Shown here: piece after piece, positions 51,007-61,806 of the stretch | How the letters are laid out: the number at the start of each line of letters is the position of its first letter | How positions within the stretch are numbered: the stretch's first letter is position 1 | Assembly: GCA_965222225.1 (NCBI GenBank) | Contig: CBDCTK010000002.1 | Span: 4,288,001-4,352,000 of the forward strand | From: Candidatus Poribacteria bacterium | GTDB taxonomy: Bacteria; Poribacteria; WGA-4E; JAJDTR01 | Reading direction: 5' to 3' | DNA length: 64,000 nucleotides | Translations under genes and position numbers: made by a program | The notes under the pieces: model-generated | Database searches by the model: none | Told to the model about the DNA's origin: nothing | What the model saw: the letters and a program-made list of their open reading frames with translations, nothing else

Positions 51007-53850
51007 ATGAATTCCAGTGCGACGATGAACCTAGACGGGAATAGTTGGCTTTTGAGCACGGATCCCGAAAACGTTGGCAGAAATCTACGATGGTATGATG
51101 AGGTAACAGGTGAGGCAAAGGCTACGCGCGTCCCCGGCATCCTCCAAGAAACCTTTCCAACCTACCACGGCGTTGTATGGTACTGGCATGAGTTTACTCC
51201 GCCGGACAATCCCCATGAAGATGGGCGATATTTGCTGAACTTCTGGCAAGTGGACTACCTCGCCGATGTTTGGGTCAACGGAAAGTACGTAGGGCAGCAT
51301 GAAGGTACGGGAGACCCGTTTACCCTCGACGTGACGGAACCGATCCTGCCGCGTGCCGTGAACCGGGTTGCCGTGCGTGTTTTGAACCCGAAGAATGAAC
51401 CGATCGACGGCATCTCCCTGATGGAGTCTCCCGTCTGGGCTAGAGGAATCCCATGTACTCCGGGCCTCGCCCTCAATTACGGCGGGATTACGGACTCGGT
51501 GGAACTACACATCGTACCCGCAGTTCGGGTTACCGACCTTTTTGTTAAGCCAGACTGGAAAACCGGCAACGTGCACGTGGGTACGAGTCTATACAATGCT
51601 CGAAATCGGACGGTTTCGGCAGAACTCCTCTTTTCCATCGCACCTTCCATCAGCGGGAGTACCTTGAATTCACTGCAACTGCACCGCGAGATTCCATCCG
51701 GCGAGACACTTGTCGAAGCCGAGTTGACGGTGGGGACTCCGCATCTCTGGGAACTCAACGATCCCTACATGTATCGTGTCAGCGTCAGCGCCCGCGAGAA
51801 CCAATCAGCGTCAATAGATGAGCAATCGACCCGTTGTGGCTTTCGAGATTTTCGATTCGAGGACGGCTACTTCCGCCTCAATGAACGCCGCATCTTCGTC
51901 AAGTGTGCTCAGACCGACGCGAGAGCTCCGATTGGGCACCTTGTGGCACATGATCCCGACCTGCCACGACGCGACTTAATCAACTGCAAAGCCACTCGGC
52001 ACAACATGATCCGATCTTTTGGAGGTCAAACTCCGCGCTATCAAATAGAACTCTGCGATGAAATCGGATTGCTCGTGTATCAGGAGCATGCCGCCGCGTG
52101 GCGAATGGAACCATCACCGCAGTTGCCCGACCGATTTCGCAGGTCCGTGCAAGCCATGGTAAAACGCGATCGAAACCATCCGAGCGTCGTCATATGGGGA
52201 ATGCTAAACGAAACGCATAAGGGACCCATTTACGACCAAGCTTTGGCAGGTTTGCCGTATGTTCGGGAACTCGACGATACACGTGTCGTCCTGCTCAACA
52301 GTGGCGACTTCGCCGAAACCGGAAAAACCATCGCCAATTCAAAGCTAGAAGAATGGGAGGCGACGCTCCTCGACGTTCACCCCTACAAAACGGTGCCGCA
52401 TCGCGCAGATGTAATCCAAGAGCTCCGCACGTTGGATAAAGACGGCAAACCCATATTTCACTCGGAGGGAGGAATCGGCAGTGCTATAGACGTCGTGCGT
52501 CTCACACGCCATTACGAACAGTTGGGAAGTACATCCTGCGAAGACGCCGCCGTGGTGCGTCATGTATTAGACCAGTTCACTGCCGATTGGGAACGCTGGA
52601 ATCTCGGCGATACCTTTCCCAATCCCGAGGATTACTTCCACCAGTGCATTGCTTGGATGGCAGAACTGCGTAAGTTGGCTGCCAATGCGCTTCGCGCCAA
52701 TCCGAACTTGATCGCCCACAATATCACGGGACTGGTTGACCCCAGCACAACAGGCGAAGGAATGCTATCCAGTACGTTTCGAGAGCTTAAACCCGGGGTT
52801 ATAGACGCCATGTTCGACGCTTTTGCCCCGTTGCGCTGGTGCTTGTTTGTCGAACCAGTTCAGGTCTACTGCGGGCAACCGATACGCATAGAAGCCGTAT
52901 TGGCGAATGAAGACATGCTCTCGCCGGGGGACTACCCGGTTCGGTTCCAAGTTGTAGGTCCCCAAAATGCCTCTGTCTTTGACCAAACGGTGACGGTCAC
53001 AATTGCCGATACCAAGACCGAACCTGAGCCAAAGTTCGCAACACCTGTGCTTGATGAGCAAGTAGCGATTGACGGGCCGCCCGGGAAGTATCGATTCTTA
53101 GCCACTTTTCAGAAGAATGCGGCAGCAGCCGGTGGAGATATGGAGTTCTATGCCGCAGACGCGGCAGGAATGCCCGAAGTCAAGAACGAAATAGTTCTTT
53201 GGGGCGACGACCCCAATCTTGCGAATTGGCTGGATGCCAATTGCATCGCGGCTCAAGAGTTTGACCCGAGCGCAGATAATTCGCGAAATGTCCTTCTCGT
53301 GGGCACTAGCCCTCCCGCCGCCAAAGCAGAAGCGTTCCGAGAGCTTGTGAAACAAATCGCCCGAGGTTCGCACGCCGTGTTTCTGTCGCCGGAAGTCTTT
53401 CACGAAGGGGATGACCGCACTCGCTGGCTGCCGTTAACGAACAAAGGAGCCGTCGTCGATTTGACTGTAATGTTATACCACAAGGACGACTGGGCAAAAA
53501 TCCATCCGATTTTCGAAGGGCTACCGGCGGGTTGTGTGCTAGATCACACATTCTATCGCGAAATACTTGGGGCGAAAGCATTTTCGGGACAGGACGTTCC
53601 GTCGGAGGTAGTCGCTGGAGCGATAAACACCTGTCTAGGATATAGCTCCGGACTCTCTTTGGCAATCTACAACCTTGGTGAGGGAAGGTTTACGGTCAAC
53701 ACCCTCCGTATCCTTGAGAATCTTGGGGGCGACCCGGTAGCAGAACGCTTGCTGCGGAACTTGCTGAACTATGCTGCACGTCATGTCAATCTGCCGCCAG
53801 CCCCTCTTCCTGACAACTACGACGCTCACCTTAGGGCAATAGGGTACTAG
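51007..53850 (+). CDS. Glycoside hydrolase family 2 protein
   Basis: VWVNG...HEG, YGGI, GFR, CDEIGLLVYQE, RDRNHPSVVIWGMLNE, HSEGG. Confidence 0.9.
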   Translation: MNSSATMNLDGNSWLLSTDPENVGRNLRWYDEVTGEAKATRVPGILQETFPTYHGVVWYWHEFTPPDNPHEDGRYLLNFWQVDYLADVWVNGKYVGQHEGTGDPFTLDVTEPILPRAVNRVAVRVLNPKNEPIDGISLMESPVWARGIPCTPGLALNYGGITDSVELHIVPAVRVTDLFVKPDWKTGNVHVGTSLYNARNRTVSAELLFSIAPSISGSTLNSLQLHREIPSGETLVEAELTVGTPHLWELNDPYMYRVSVSARENQSASIDEQSTRCGFRDFRFEDGYFRLNERRIFVKCAQTDARAPIGHLVAHDPDLPRRDLINCKATRHNMIRSFGGQTPRYQIELCDEIGLLVYQEHAAAWRMEPSPQLPDRFRRSVQAMVKRDRNHPSVVIWGMLNETHKGPIYDQALAGLPYVRELDDTRVVLLNSGDFAETGKTIANSKLEEWEATLLDVHPYKTVPHRADVIQELRTLDKDGKPIFHSEGGIGSAIDVVRLTRHYEQLGSTSCEDAAVVRHVLDQFTADWERWNLGDTFPNPEDYFHQCIAWMAELRKLAANALRANPNLIAHNITGLVDPSTTGEGMLSSTFRELKPGVIDAMFDAFAPLRWCLFVEPVQVYCGQPIRIEAVLANEDMLSPGDYPVRFQVVGPQNASVFDQTVTVTIADTKTEPEPKFATPVLDEQVAIDGPPGKYRFLATFQKNAAAAGGDMEFYAADAAGMPEVKNEIVLWGDDPNLANWLDANCIAAQEFDPSADNSRNVLLVGTSPPAAKAEAFRELVKQIARGSHAVFLSPEVFHEGDDRTRWLPLTNKGAVVDLTVMLYHKDDWAKIHPIFEGLPAGCVLDHTFYREILGAKAFSGQDVPSEVVAGAINTCLGYSSGLSLAIYNLGEGRFTVNTLRILENLGGDPVAERLLRNLLNYAARHVNLPPAPLPDNYDAHLRAIGY

Positions 53851-53909
53851 CACATGTCAAGACGGTTCCGGATTTTTGGCTCTCACAGATTCCGGCGACA
53901 AGGTATAGT

Positions 53910-55035
53910 ATGCACATTCTTGGTTCCGTTCTGGCATTCTCGGCACTTAGTTTTTGCGTCGGGCAGGAAATCAATTCCCAATTGGTCGAGACAGCTCCCT
54001 CTATTAAGACGTATCGGGTGACGACTTCGCCGGTTATTGACGGAAAATTGACAGACGATTGTTGGCTAGAAGCCGAAGCCGCGACCGATTTCTGGCGGTC
54101 TAACGGCTCATCCCGTATCGAATCATCTGCCTCGGTTCAGCTCGCCTATGACGATGAAAATCTTTTCGTTGGATTCAGGTGCCCATTGCCCAACCCACAA
54201 TCAGTAACAGCCGTCAAAAACCTCAAACCGGATAAGATGTTCGACGGGAACACCGCACCGGTGTTCTTGGATCCACTGTTGGATTATCGGCGCGATGTTG
54301 GTCTTGCCGAAGACCCGGACGCTCTGTTTTACACGCATCCCGGTCCAAAAATATTCCGATTTGCCGTCAACCCCGTTAACGGTCGGTTTTCAGACCTACT
54401 GGGGACTCCGTGGTGGAAAGTTCCTTGGCGGAGCGCCGCGCACATTGGAGACAGTTTTTGGAGTGCGGAGCTTGCGATTCCCTTTGCGTCGCTCGCGTTT
54501 TTCGAGCCGACCGATAGAAGCGGTTTGCAGCCCGGTTGGGAATCAACTTGAGGAGTCAATTTTGCGCTTGATGACACTGTTTGGGTACCAAACTTTGACC
54601 CGCAGGACGCCACTACCCCACTCAGCAAATATAATCCTCTAGCCACCGAATTTGGCGACCCCCTCGCTTATGGCTCCGCTACCGCCATTGACGTGGATCC
54701 GAGTTCGCACCGGTGGGCATATCTGGTCGGAATCGGCCCGAAGATTGTGGGGGAGGTTCCCATTGCCCTCACCATGAGCAACCACACCGGCGCTCATCCT
54801 AAGGTTAAAGTCGTTGCGTCGGCTATCTCTCATAACGACACAGAAGCCGAGGACATATTCCCGCCTCAGAAGGGGATTTGGGAGGTCGCGCCGGAAGGCG
54901 TTCATTGGGCACACGGGAGTTTGTCAATACCACTGAACTCACCGGGGAAGTACCTGCTGCTGTTGTCGGTTCACGATCTGGAAGCCGAGAAGGTGGTAGT
55001 ACATCGCCCCTTGCTAATCGACGAAGTCGAGAGAG
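53910..55035 (+). pseudogene. Secreted CBM9-like sugar-binding protein with an in-frame TGA (54549..54551) and 3' truncation
   Basis: PVIDGKLTD..W, LAYDDENLFVGF, WSAELAIPF, then EST*GVNF. The frame continues through the 54693 ORF to the methyltransferase junction. Confidence 0.7.
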
Positions 55036-55401
55036 GAGCTCTATCAGATCATTCAGGCATCCGAAACCGTCTACGACAAATCCATGAAGATTTACCTCAT
55101 GGCAATGGCAGTCCGACTGTTTGAAATGAAACGCATCCTCAAGCGCACCGGTTCAATCTATCTACACTGCGATCCGACCGCCAGCCACTACTTGAAACTG
55201 GTTATGGATAGCCTGTTTGGAAAGAACCTTTTTCGGAATGAGATTACATGGAGACGACACTCTAGCGTAACCAAAGGAAGTCAACACGCTCCCAAAACAT
55301 GGGGAACTACAACAGATACTATCCTGTTTTATGCCGGTAAGAATGCCAAACTCGCCCCATATCGAGATATGCCGGAATCGGACCGGAGAGAGCGGACGTG
55401 A
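55036..55401 (+). pseudogene. Internal fragment of a site-specific N6/N4 DNA methyltransferase
   Basis: ELYQIIQASE...MAVRLFEMKRILKRTGSIYLHCDPTASHYLKLVMD.LFG...FRNEITW...DTILFY. Lacks the DPPY/F and FxGxG motifs. Confidence 0.85.
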
Positions 55402-56057
55402 TGCGAGAGATAGTATGGGATTTTCCTATGGGTCCAATGGAGCGGACGCTGTGGTGGGTGGGGAGCGCGGCGGACGTGACGACGGGGATAGTGGAGTTAC
55501 TGAAGGAAGCGAAAAACCTCCAGGAAGCGATGGTCGAAGTGGTTGAGGTGCTGCACAGTAACCTACAAGCCGATCCGGACCTGAGCGGATTATACGATCC
55601 GCTGGGGACGCTGAATTAGGGAGCCAAGTCGATTTCAGTCTGCCAAATCTGAAGACTCTCTGTTATAATATGGTGAACCTTTCAGGTGGGGGAAAGTCAC
55701 TGTTCTGACCCGAGCAGCCCCCGCCACCCTTTGACTGCGGATGAGAAGGCTCGTAGAGGTACTATTCATAGAAAGGTTTATCCCGTGAGGAACAGACCTA
55801 TGACGCCTAATCGTGCGTTCATAGTTAATTGCCGAATCGAGTCGGATGTGGACGAGCATGAGTTGGTTCGCCGCCGCCGCAGATGAAATGCAGGTTTCGG
55901 ACATCACGCCGGCGGAACACGCTTGCTCGAGGCCTAGTTCATCGAATGTCGGCAAGTTGACTTGGACTTGGGAGACGTGGGCTGAGGAAGATTCGCCGAA
56001 ATCATCGGCTTAGTCGTATTCTGTTTTGTTTTTTCAAGCATATTTTGCGAGGATTGT

Positions 56058-56636
56058 ATGCCAGTTGAAGAAAAATCAAACACGCCACCGACCTCTTTAT
56101 CGCGCCGCGATCAATTGCGTCTTAAGGAATACGACTCTCTCAACTTTTGGAATGATAACGAAAGCAAAGTTAATCTTGCCATAGATGCACTTCCTATATC
56201 TGTGATTGGTGGAATTGCGTATATCTTTTCGAAGATCGAATGCCCGTCCAACATACAGATAATAGTTGGAGTCGTCGCCTCGATACTAGTCGTAATTTTA
56301 TGGCTTGTTCTATCCAAAAAATATAGTGACCGCGTGGATAAAAGGTTTAAGTGGATGCAAGAGATAGAGCGGGAGCTCGGTTTTAGTGCACATATCAGGA
56401 TGACTGTCTTTATAAAAGCCAGCTTCTTGCAACACCACCTATCACACCTACGTGCTAGGCTAGTGATTGTCGCGATTGTTGTGGCCTCGGTGCTGATAGC
56501 CGGCCCCAAAATCATTGACGTCAGTATGGGTATTATCGTGCCTGTTGCACTTTCCGTGGCGGCAACTATTATTTTCATCGATAAGGTGTGGAGTTGTTTT
56601 AAGAAGGTCTATAGATATTTGTGTGGGAGAAAGTAA
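56058..56636 (+). CDS. Hypothetical membrane protein (about 4 TM)
   Basis: Four hydrophobic stretches; KEY and W...R...EIE pattern; RBS GAGG. Confidence 0.65.
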   Translation: MPVEEKSNTPPTSLSRRDQLRLKEYDSLNFWNDNESKVNLAIDALPISVIGGIAYIFSKIECPSNIQIIVGVVASILVVILWLVLSKKYSDRVDKRFKWMQEIERELGFSAHIRMTVFIKASFLQHHLSHLRARLVIVAIVVASVLIAGPKIIDVSMGIIVPVALSVAATIIFIDKVWSCFKKVYRYLCGRK

Positions 56637-56685
56637 GTCGGATGGTGGGCTTCAGAAAGATTTAGAAATAGCATTGAGGAAGACA

Positions 56686-57468
56686 ATGTATATAGAATTT
56701 GCCCTAAGAGCTAAAAATCATGTTAAGCGCGTACAAGAAGCTCTGTTTTCCATAGAAAATGCTCTAAAGAAAATTGATAGTGACGACAATGATTATGTAA
56801 ACATCACCAGAGCTGAATTGATTAGAAGGGCGTTGGTTCATGACAATGATAAGTGTGAAGACGACCATATAATCGAGGGGAAAAAAGTTCCGCGCCACTT
56901 TGCCGAATGCACAGTGTGGTGCGACTGTTTTTTTGGTCAGGGTGGGGCGGACCTTGAGTACGGCTCTGAAGCATATCGCAAATTACATTCAGAGGCAGGT
57001 AAGGGGCTAGATATTTTACGCCGTCATAAAGAGATTAACGATCATCACCCAGAATACTACGACGACCGCAATGACATGAAATTTATACAGCTAATTGAAA
57101 TGGTCTGTGATTGGTGGGGTGCTACTGCTTACAGTAATGACAGTCCGCTTGATAGGTTTCTAGAAAGTTGCGATGTCAATTTGTGTAAATACAAATTTAA
57201 CAGTTACCAAAGATTCGTGATAGAACGAACTCGTGATTTCATAGCTAAAGATGACACACATTTGATTAAAATCATTTTCACTGGTTGTGTTAATTACGAT
57301 AAAAGTTCTATCCAACCATTTACGTCAGTTAGTGATTTTGAAGTTCAATTCTATAAACAGCTGAAAGATTTTCTCAAAGATAGAATAGCTTTATTGAACC
57401 AAGCCGAAGCCAGGGGAAAATTAAAAATGAAAGACCTAATCATCAACAGAACGGATCTCATTGATTGA
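56686..57468 (+). CDS. HD-like metal-dependent phosphohydrolase (DUF5662-like)
   Basis: H..RV, RALVHDNDK, H...NDHHPEYY, LIEMVCDW; RBS GAGGA. Confidence 0.65.
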   Translation: MYIEFALRAKNHVKRVQEALFSIENALKKIDSDDNDYVNITRAELIRRALVHDNDKCEDDHIIEGKKVPRHFAECTVWCDCFFGQGGADLEYGSEAYRKLHSEAGKGLDILRRHKEINDHHPEYYDDRNDMKFIQLIEMVCDWWGATAYSNDSPLDRFLESCDVNLCKYKFNSYQRFVIERTRDFIAKDDTHLIKIIFTGCVNYDKSSIQPFTSVSDFEVQFYKQLKDFLKDRIALLNQAEARGKLKMKDLIINRTDLID

Positions 57469-57475
57469 CGTATTC

Positions 57476-58408
57476 ATGAAGATAGAGAGATGGGCGATCA
57501 TGATTAACAATAAAACTGTAGCGGTGTCTGGCGAGAACAAATTAGGAATACGCGACGTGCTTGAGGCACACGGTTTTGATTTGCACAGTAAATTTAGGCT
57601 TGTCAGGCACGCGCCTGATCCCACAAGGTATGATCGAAATGCGCTAATCGCGAGTCCCTGGTTTCTTCTATACCAGGCTATTCAAGTTGAACCTGTTTAT
57701 GGTGATAGCGATGTCATCGTAGTGTTTGTCTTCGATGGCGGGACACGAGCCAAGCTCTTTGGAATCTATAGTGTATTAGAGATGCGTGGTTTAAGACCGC
57801 GTGACATTCCGGAAAACTGCCCGTATAAAGAGAGTTGGCAATCTTATGAATACTTTTATGAACTTGAACATCTGTCCGAATATGCGGATTTAGATGGGCG
57901 CGTTGTTATTGACTGGGGTAAAGCCACGCAATCGTGGGTACAAGGATCTTATCCGGATAAAGATAAACCTGTTCTTGAGATATTACCTTTGAGCCGGGCA
58001 GCGCGCATATTGCAGCCATTTTCCGATTATCTGGATTTTACACTATCTCATGCGGAACTAAGGGGCATGATAGAGAATCCGGTCGCACACGCCGATTGGC
58101 AAGCAAGTTTGTCGGCGGTAGCAGGCGTTTATTTGATTCTCGCTGAAACCACCGGACAGCTTTATGTTGGATCAGCGTACGGTGAGAACGGGATTTGGGG
58201 GCGATGGGAGGACTATGCTGCCAATGGACACGGAGGAAACACATTACTTGAGGAGATGATTGACGCGAACGGAGAATATCCAGAGTCGTTTCGATATTCG
58301 GTGCTTCAGATCTTGCCCAAGAGCACGATAAACACTGAGGTCATTCGGTGGGAACAACGATACAAACAGAAACTAGGCAGCCGAGCAGTCGGTCTCAATT
58401 TGAATTGA
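57476..58408 (+). CDS. GIY-YIG nuclease family protein with an extended N-terminal domain
   Basis: GVYLI...GQLYVGSA.G..G..GRW..Y...GHGGN...E..YK..LGS...LN. Start could be 57461, 57476 or 57500. Confidence 0.85.
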   Translation: MKIERWAIMINNKTVAVSGENKLGIRDVLEAHGFDLHSKFRLVRHAPDPTRYDRNALIASPWFLLYQAIQVEPVYGDSDVIVVFVFDGGTRAKLFGIYSVLEMRGLRPRDIPENCPYKESWQSYEYFYELEHLSEYADLDGRVVIDWGKATQSWVQGSYPDKDKPVLEILPLSRAARILQPFSDYLDFTLSHAELRGMIENPVAHADWQASLSAVAGVYLILAETTGQLYVGSAYGENGIWGRWEDYAANGHGGNTLLEEMIDANGEYPESFRYSVLQILPKSTINTEVIRWEQRYKQKLGSRAVGLNLN

Positions 58409-58696
58409 CCGCGAGCGCGGAATCGCATAATGATTGGGATATTTGTAAAGGCGGGTAGCGAACCTACCCCCATGATTTGGATAGAAAATAAGGTGATTTA
58501 AGAAATAAAATTCGACTAATTCTGGTCGGATTTCCACGCTGGAGCCAAATTGTATGTTGGAAGGAAGCCGCTTCGGCACGGTGAGAAGGAGGGCAAAGAT
58601 TCCTTCACCCAGACTCCTTCCTTTTTTGCCCGCCTGCTTGGGCTTCGCCCTGAAAATCCATTCCGGGGCTACAAATTCAAAGGATGGCGGGTGGGG

Positions 58697-61546
58697 CTAG
58701 GTACTAAAACTATATTTTTGTTCGCGTTTCTGAAAAGCTTCTTTTCCACCCTCCAACACTTCGTAAACGTGCTGACGTTGTCCCTTCCTAAACAATATGG
58801 CTTCTTGTTTAGCTTCCGATAACTCAAAACTATTTTCCAAGGCACCAGAAACATATTCAAATTTGAATTGTTTGTTGTCCCTCCCTTTCTGTTGTCCTGC
58901 TTGATTCGCAACGATTACCTGTTCGGCATCCGCGCCAACAACCAAATTAGGATTGTGCGTTACTATAACTATTTGCCGTTGCTTTTTCTTGTTTTTGACG
59001 AACGAAACCAGTTCATCATAAACCGATCTATTGTCCAGGTCGTCCTCTGGCTGGTCCAATAATATCGGCCATTCCTCGTTACTCAAGTCAATAAGTAACC
59101 GGAGCAGTACAAGCCCCTTTTTGCCGGGAGACATCTTGTCCAAGGGATCATTCTTGTAGGTTATTTCGAAATCCAAATCAAAATAATCGTCCAATATCTT
59201 CGTCACTGCATCTTTCGCGGACCTGTTTTTTATCGTTTTTATGTTTCCGTCTACAACGCCACTTAGAATTTCTGTGATAAAGCTGACATGTGTGCTTGGG
59301 TCAAATTGATATTCATATTCATCCTTCCAATGTGCATCGCTAATGTTGCGTTTTATGTCCGACGTGTTTAGAACACTCTGTATAACTTCGTCGTTAAATC
59401 GCTCCGCATTAAAACCCACCGAGACATCCAACGATATAGATATATCTTCAAAACTATTTTCATACTTCTCAAACTCATTTCTTGCCGCATCGTAGCCGCT
59501 AAAAATTTCTCTGTAGGTTTCAATAAGGGATTTCTTTTCCTTGTCATAAAGATTCTTTTTTGATTCCAAGCTTTTCTTTTCAAGCGCAATCTTGTCCAGT
59601 TTTTTCTGCTCGTTGCTTATGGCTTCATTTTTCTTTTTCAATTCGTCCTGCAATTTAACCCTTGCCATAAATGGCGCGAGGTCTTTCTTAATTTTTTCAA
59701 GTTCCTTTTGATGAAGTTTTATTTTTGCGTCAACAGAAGTAATTATCTTATCAGTGCCCGCCAAAAGGTTTGTCTTTATTTGACCAATCCCAGCAAGCCC
59801 TTGAGTAAACTCATTCTTAATTTCCTCGTTGCCAAGATACGACGCTTGCACATCGCGCAATTCCTCTAAATTCTCTAATTGCTGGGATAAATCTTGCCTG
59901 AAAGAAGTAAGGTTCTTTTTGTCATCAGATAATACAGCGATGATCGTTGTTGTGCCTTTCTCCTTCTCTAACAGAGCCGCATAATCTTTAATTTCTTGCT
60001 CGGACAGGCCGGATTTTGATTTGATGCCATCGGCCTCCTTCTGTAGTTGGGCAATGTACTTTTTTATGCCCTTTTCTTCACCTAATTGTTTTATATTTTG
60101 CTCTATCTCTTCGATTTCCTGCTTCATCTGATAAAGATTGGCAACGCTTGCTGAAATTGATATTGATAGCCTTTTAATCTTGGTAAGAATGATTTCGTAA
60201 TGCTCGCGTAAATTCTCATCTTGTAACAGGACATCTCTAACAAACTGATTCAGTGTATCTCGGCCTATAACATCCTTCTCGGACAGCTTATTGAGATAAT
60301 TTTGTGGTATATAAAGGATTTTTCTGTTTCCCGCATCTTTTTCCCCCTCAACGCGCTTTAGGCGGGTAATGTCACCATCAGCCCATTCGACTTCAAAATC
60401 AAACTTCTGCAATTCGTCAAATCTGTATTGAGTAACAGCAGGAGGGTCGCCAAATCTGTATTCTACTTCGTGTCTATCGATAGTTTTCGCCATGTAGTAA
60501 AGAAGTAGGGACTTTCCAGTTGATTTCCCGCCAATTATTGTCGCTAGATTTTGATTGATCTCGATAGGATCCGAGGGAAAATCATGGTTGCCTGTGTTAT
60601 CTATAAATTGCACTTTGTCAATGAGATGGTAGGACTTTTTCGGTTCCGGTTTTTCATAACCGAAGGCAACGCGATCAACTGGTTCAAAAATTGTCTGTCT
60701 TAACCCTTCAAATGTTGTATCAGCCTTTATCCAGCTGAAGCCGTATCTCTCAACATCGTTGCTTTCTTGGACCGGCAACGTGAATTTCTTACCGAGTTGA
60801 ATTTCGCAATTATCGAAAGTGTGGCAATCGGATGTGGAAATCACTGGTTTTGGCTTAGCTTTTTTGTCCTTATTTTCATACCTATCTTCGTCGAAATAAT
60901 AGCCCCTGTCTTCGTCGTGGCCGAAGAATAAATCACAGAATTCATCAAAATCGTCCGATAGTGCCTTCTTGATGTTTGCATTTGCAATTGCGCGGTTACT
61001 GCCCATTCCCCTTGCTACACCAGCAATAAGAAATGGTTTGTCATTCCCAAAAGAGTCTTTTAGTGAATCGTCCAACGCTTTCTTCGTGACGCATATGCTA
61101 TCGTATCCGCCACAAGCGGTGATATCAGCGTCCGTACAGTAGGCCACCGCGCCATTTGTCATCCTATCCCTTAAGGGAAGACGAGTAAGAAAATCCTCGA
61201 TTGTGGTAATATCGTACTCATCATCAAAAATCAAATGACACTGAAGTTGCTCGGAAACTCTATTCACGCTTATATCTAGCCGAAGCTCGACACACGGAAA
61301 AAACCTTCTGTTTTTTAGTTCTGCGATGTCCTCTATCTTTGTTTTCAACGCTATATAGCTGGCAATAGAAAAATAATCAGTTATACCAAAGACTGATACA
61401 TCTGATTTCTTGATATATTCAATGAACCTTTCCCAGACATCAACGCCACGGTCGGGCTTATATTGGTCTGCGTGTTTAGCTCCAGGGACATGGATTTGTA
61501 GGTCCCACTTTCTCCACTCTGACCCTTTTGGATAATTATTATTCAT
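58697..61546 (-). CDS. PHP domain + coiled-coil ABC/SMC-like ATPase (Ppl/TrlF-like defence protein)
   Basis: GSEWRKWDLQIH, GITDY, ELR, SDCH, WIKADTTFEGL; Walker A GGKSTGKS; signature MSPG; Walker B LLDQPEDDLD; VTHN. Confidence 0.85.
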   Translation of the reverse strand: MNNNYPKGSEWRKWDLQIHVPGAKHADQYKPDRGVDVWERFIEYIKKSDVSVFGITDYFSIASYIALKTKIEDIAELKNRRFFPCVELRLDISVNRVSEQLQCHLIFDDEYDITTIEDFLTRLPLRDRMTNGAVAYCTDADITACGGYDSICVTKKALDDSLKDSFGNDKPFLIAGVARGMGSNRAIANANIKKALSDDFDEFCDLFFGHDEDRGYYFDEDRYENKDKKAKPKPVISTSDCHTFDNCEIQLGKKFTLPVQESNDVERYGFSWIKADTTFEGLRQTIFEPVDRVAFGYEKPEPKKSYHLIDKVQFIDNTGNHDFPSDPIEINQNLATIIGGKSTGKSLLLYYMAKTIDRHEVEYRFGDPPAVTQYRFDELQKFDFEVEWADGDITRLKRVEGEKDAGNRKILYIPQNYLNKLSEKDVIGRDTLNQFVRDVLLQDENLREHYEIILTKIKRLSISISASVANLYQMKQEIEEIEQNIKQLGEEKGIKKYIAQLQKEADGIKSKSGLSEQEIKDYAALLEKEKGTTTIIAVLSDDKKNLTSFRQDLSQQLENLEELRDVQASYLGNEEIKNEFTQGLAGIGQIKTNLLAGTDKIITSVDAKIKLHQKELEKIKKDLAPFMARVKLQDELKKKNEAISNEQKKLDKIALEKKSLESKKNLYDKEKKSLIETYREIFSGYDAARNEFEKYENSFEDISISLDVSVGFNAERFNDEVIQSVLNTSDIKRNISDAHWKDEYEYQFDPSTHVSFITEILSGVVDGNIKTIKNRSAKDAVTKILDDYFDLDFEITYKNDPLDKMSPGKKGLVLLRLLIDLSNEEWPILLDQPEDDLDNRSVYDELVSFVKNKKKQRQIVIVTHNPNLVVGADAEQVIVANQAGQQKGRDNKQFKFEYVSGALENSFELSEAKQEAILFRKGQRQHVYEVLEGGKEAFQKREQKYSFST

Positions 61547-61548
61547 AT

Positions 61549-61804
61549 TTATCTCCCACATTTGATGCGATTATCTTGCTTGCACAACGTGTGGCAGTTC
61601 TCTGCTGTTGTTTTTCCGCCCTCATGCCAAGGGGTAATGTAATCGGCTTCCATATCTTCATTTACCCACTTGTCTTTCTTATTCTCGCCTTTGCAGAACG
61701 GACAAATGCCTTTTTGCCCCTCGTACGCTTCTCGCTTCATTTTGTCGGTGAAAGTGCGCATAGAGAGATGCTTTTCTTCACCTGCGAGTACATAAGGATA
61801 TATG
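61549..61804 (-). pseudogene. C-terminal HNH fragment of a DUF262/GmrSD-HNH-type protein
   Basis: IYPYVLAGEEKHLSMRTFTDKMKREAYEGQKGICPFC...MEADYITPWHEGGKTTAENCHTLC..DNR.K. Cut at its 5' side by the IS end. Confidence 0.75.
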
Positions 61805-61806
61805 TG

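Noticed and set aside
54549-54551. Selenocysteine or genetic-code reassignment at the in-frame TGA
   Set aside because: The position expects Trp rather than Cys, no clear SECIS hairpin follows, and many genes here end normally at TGA.
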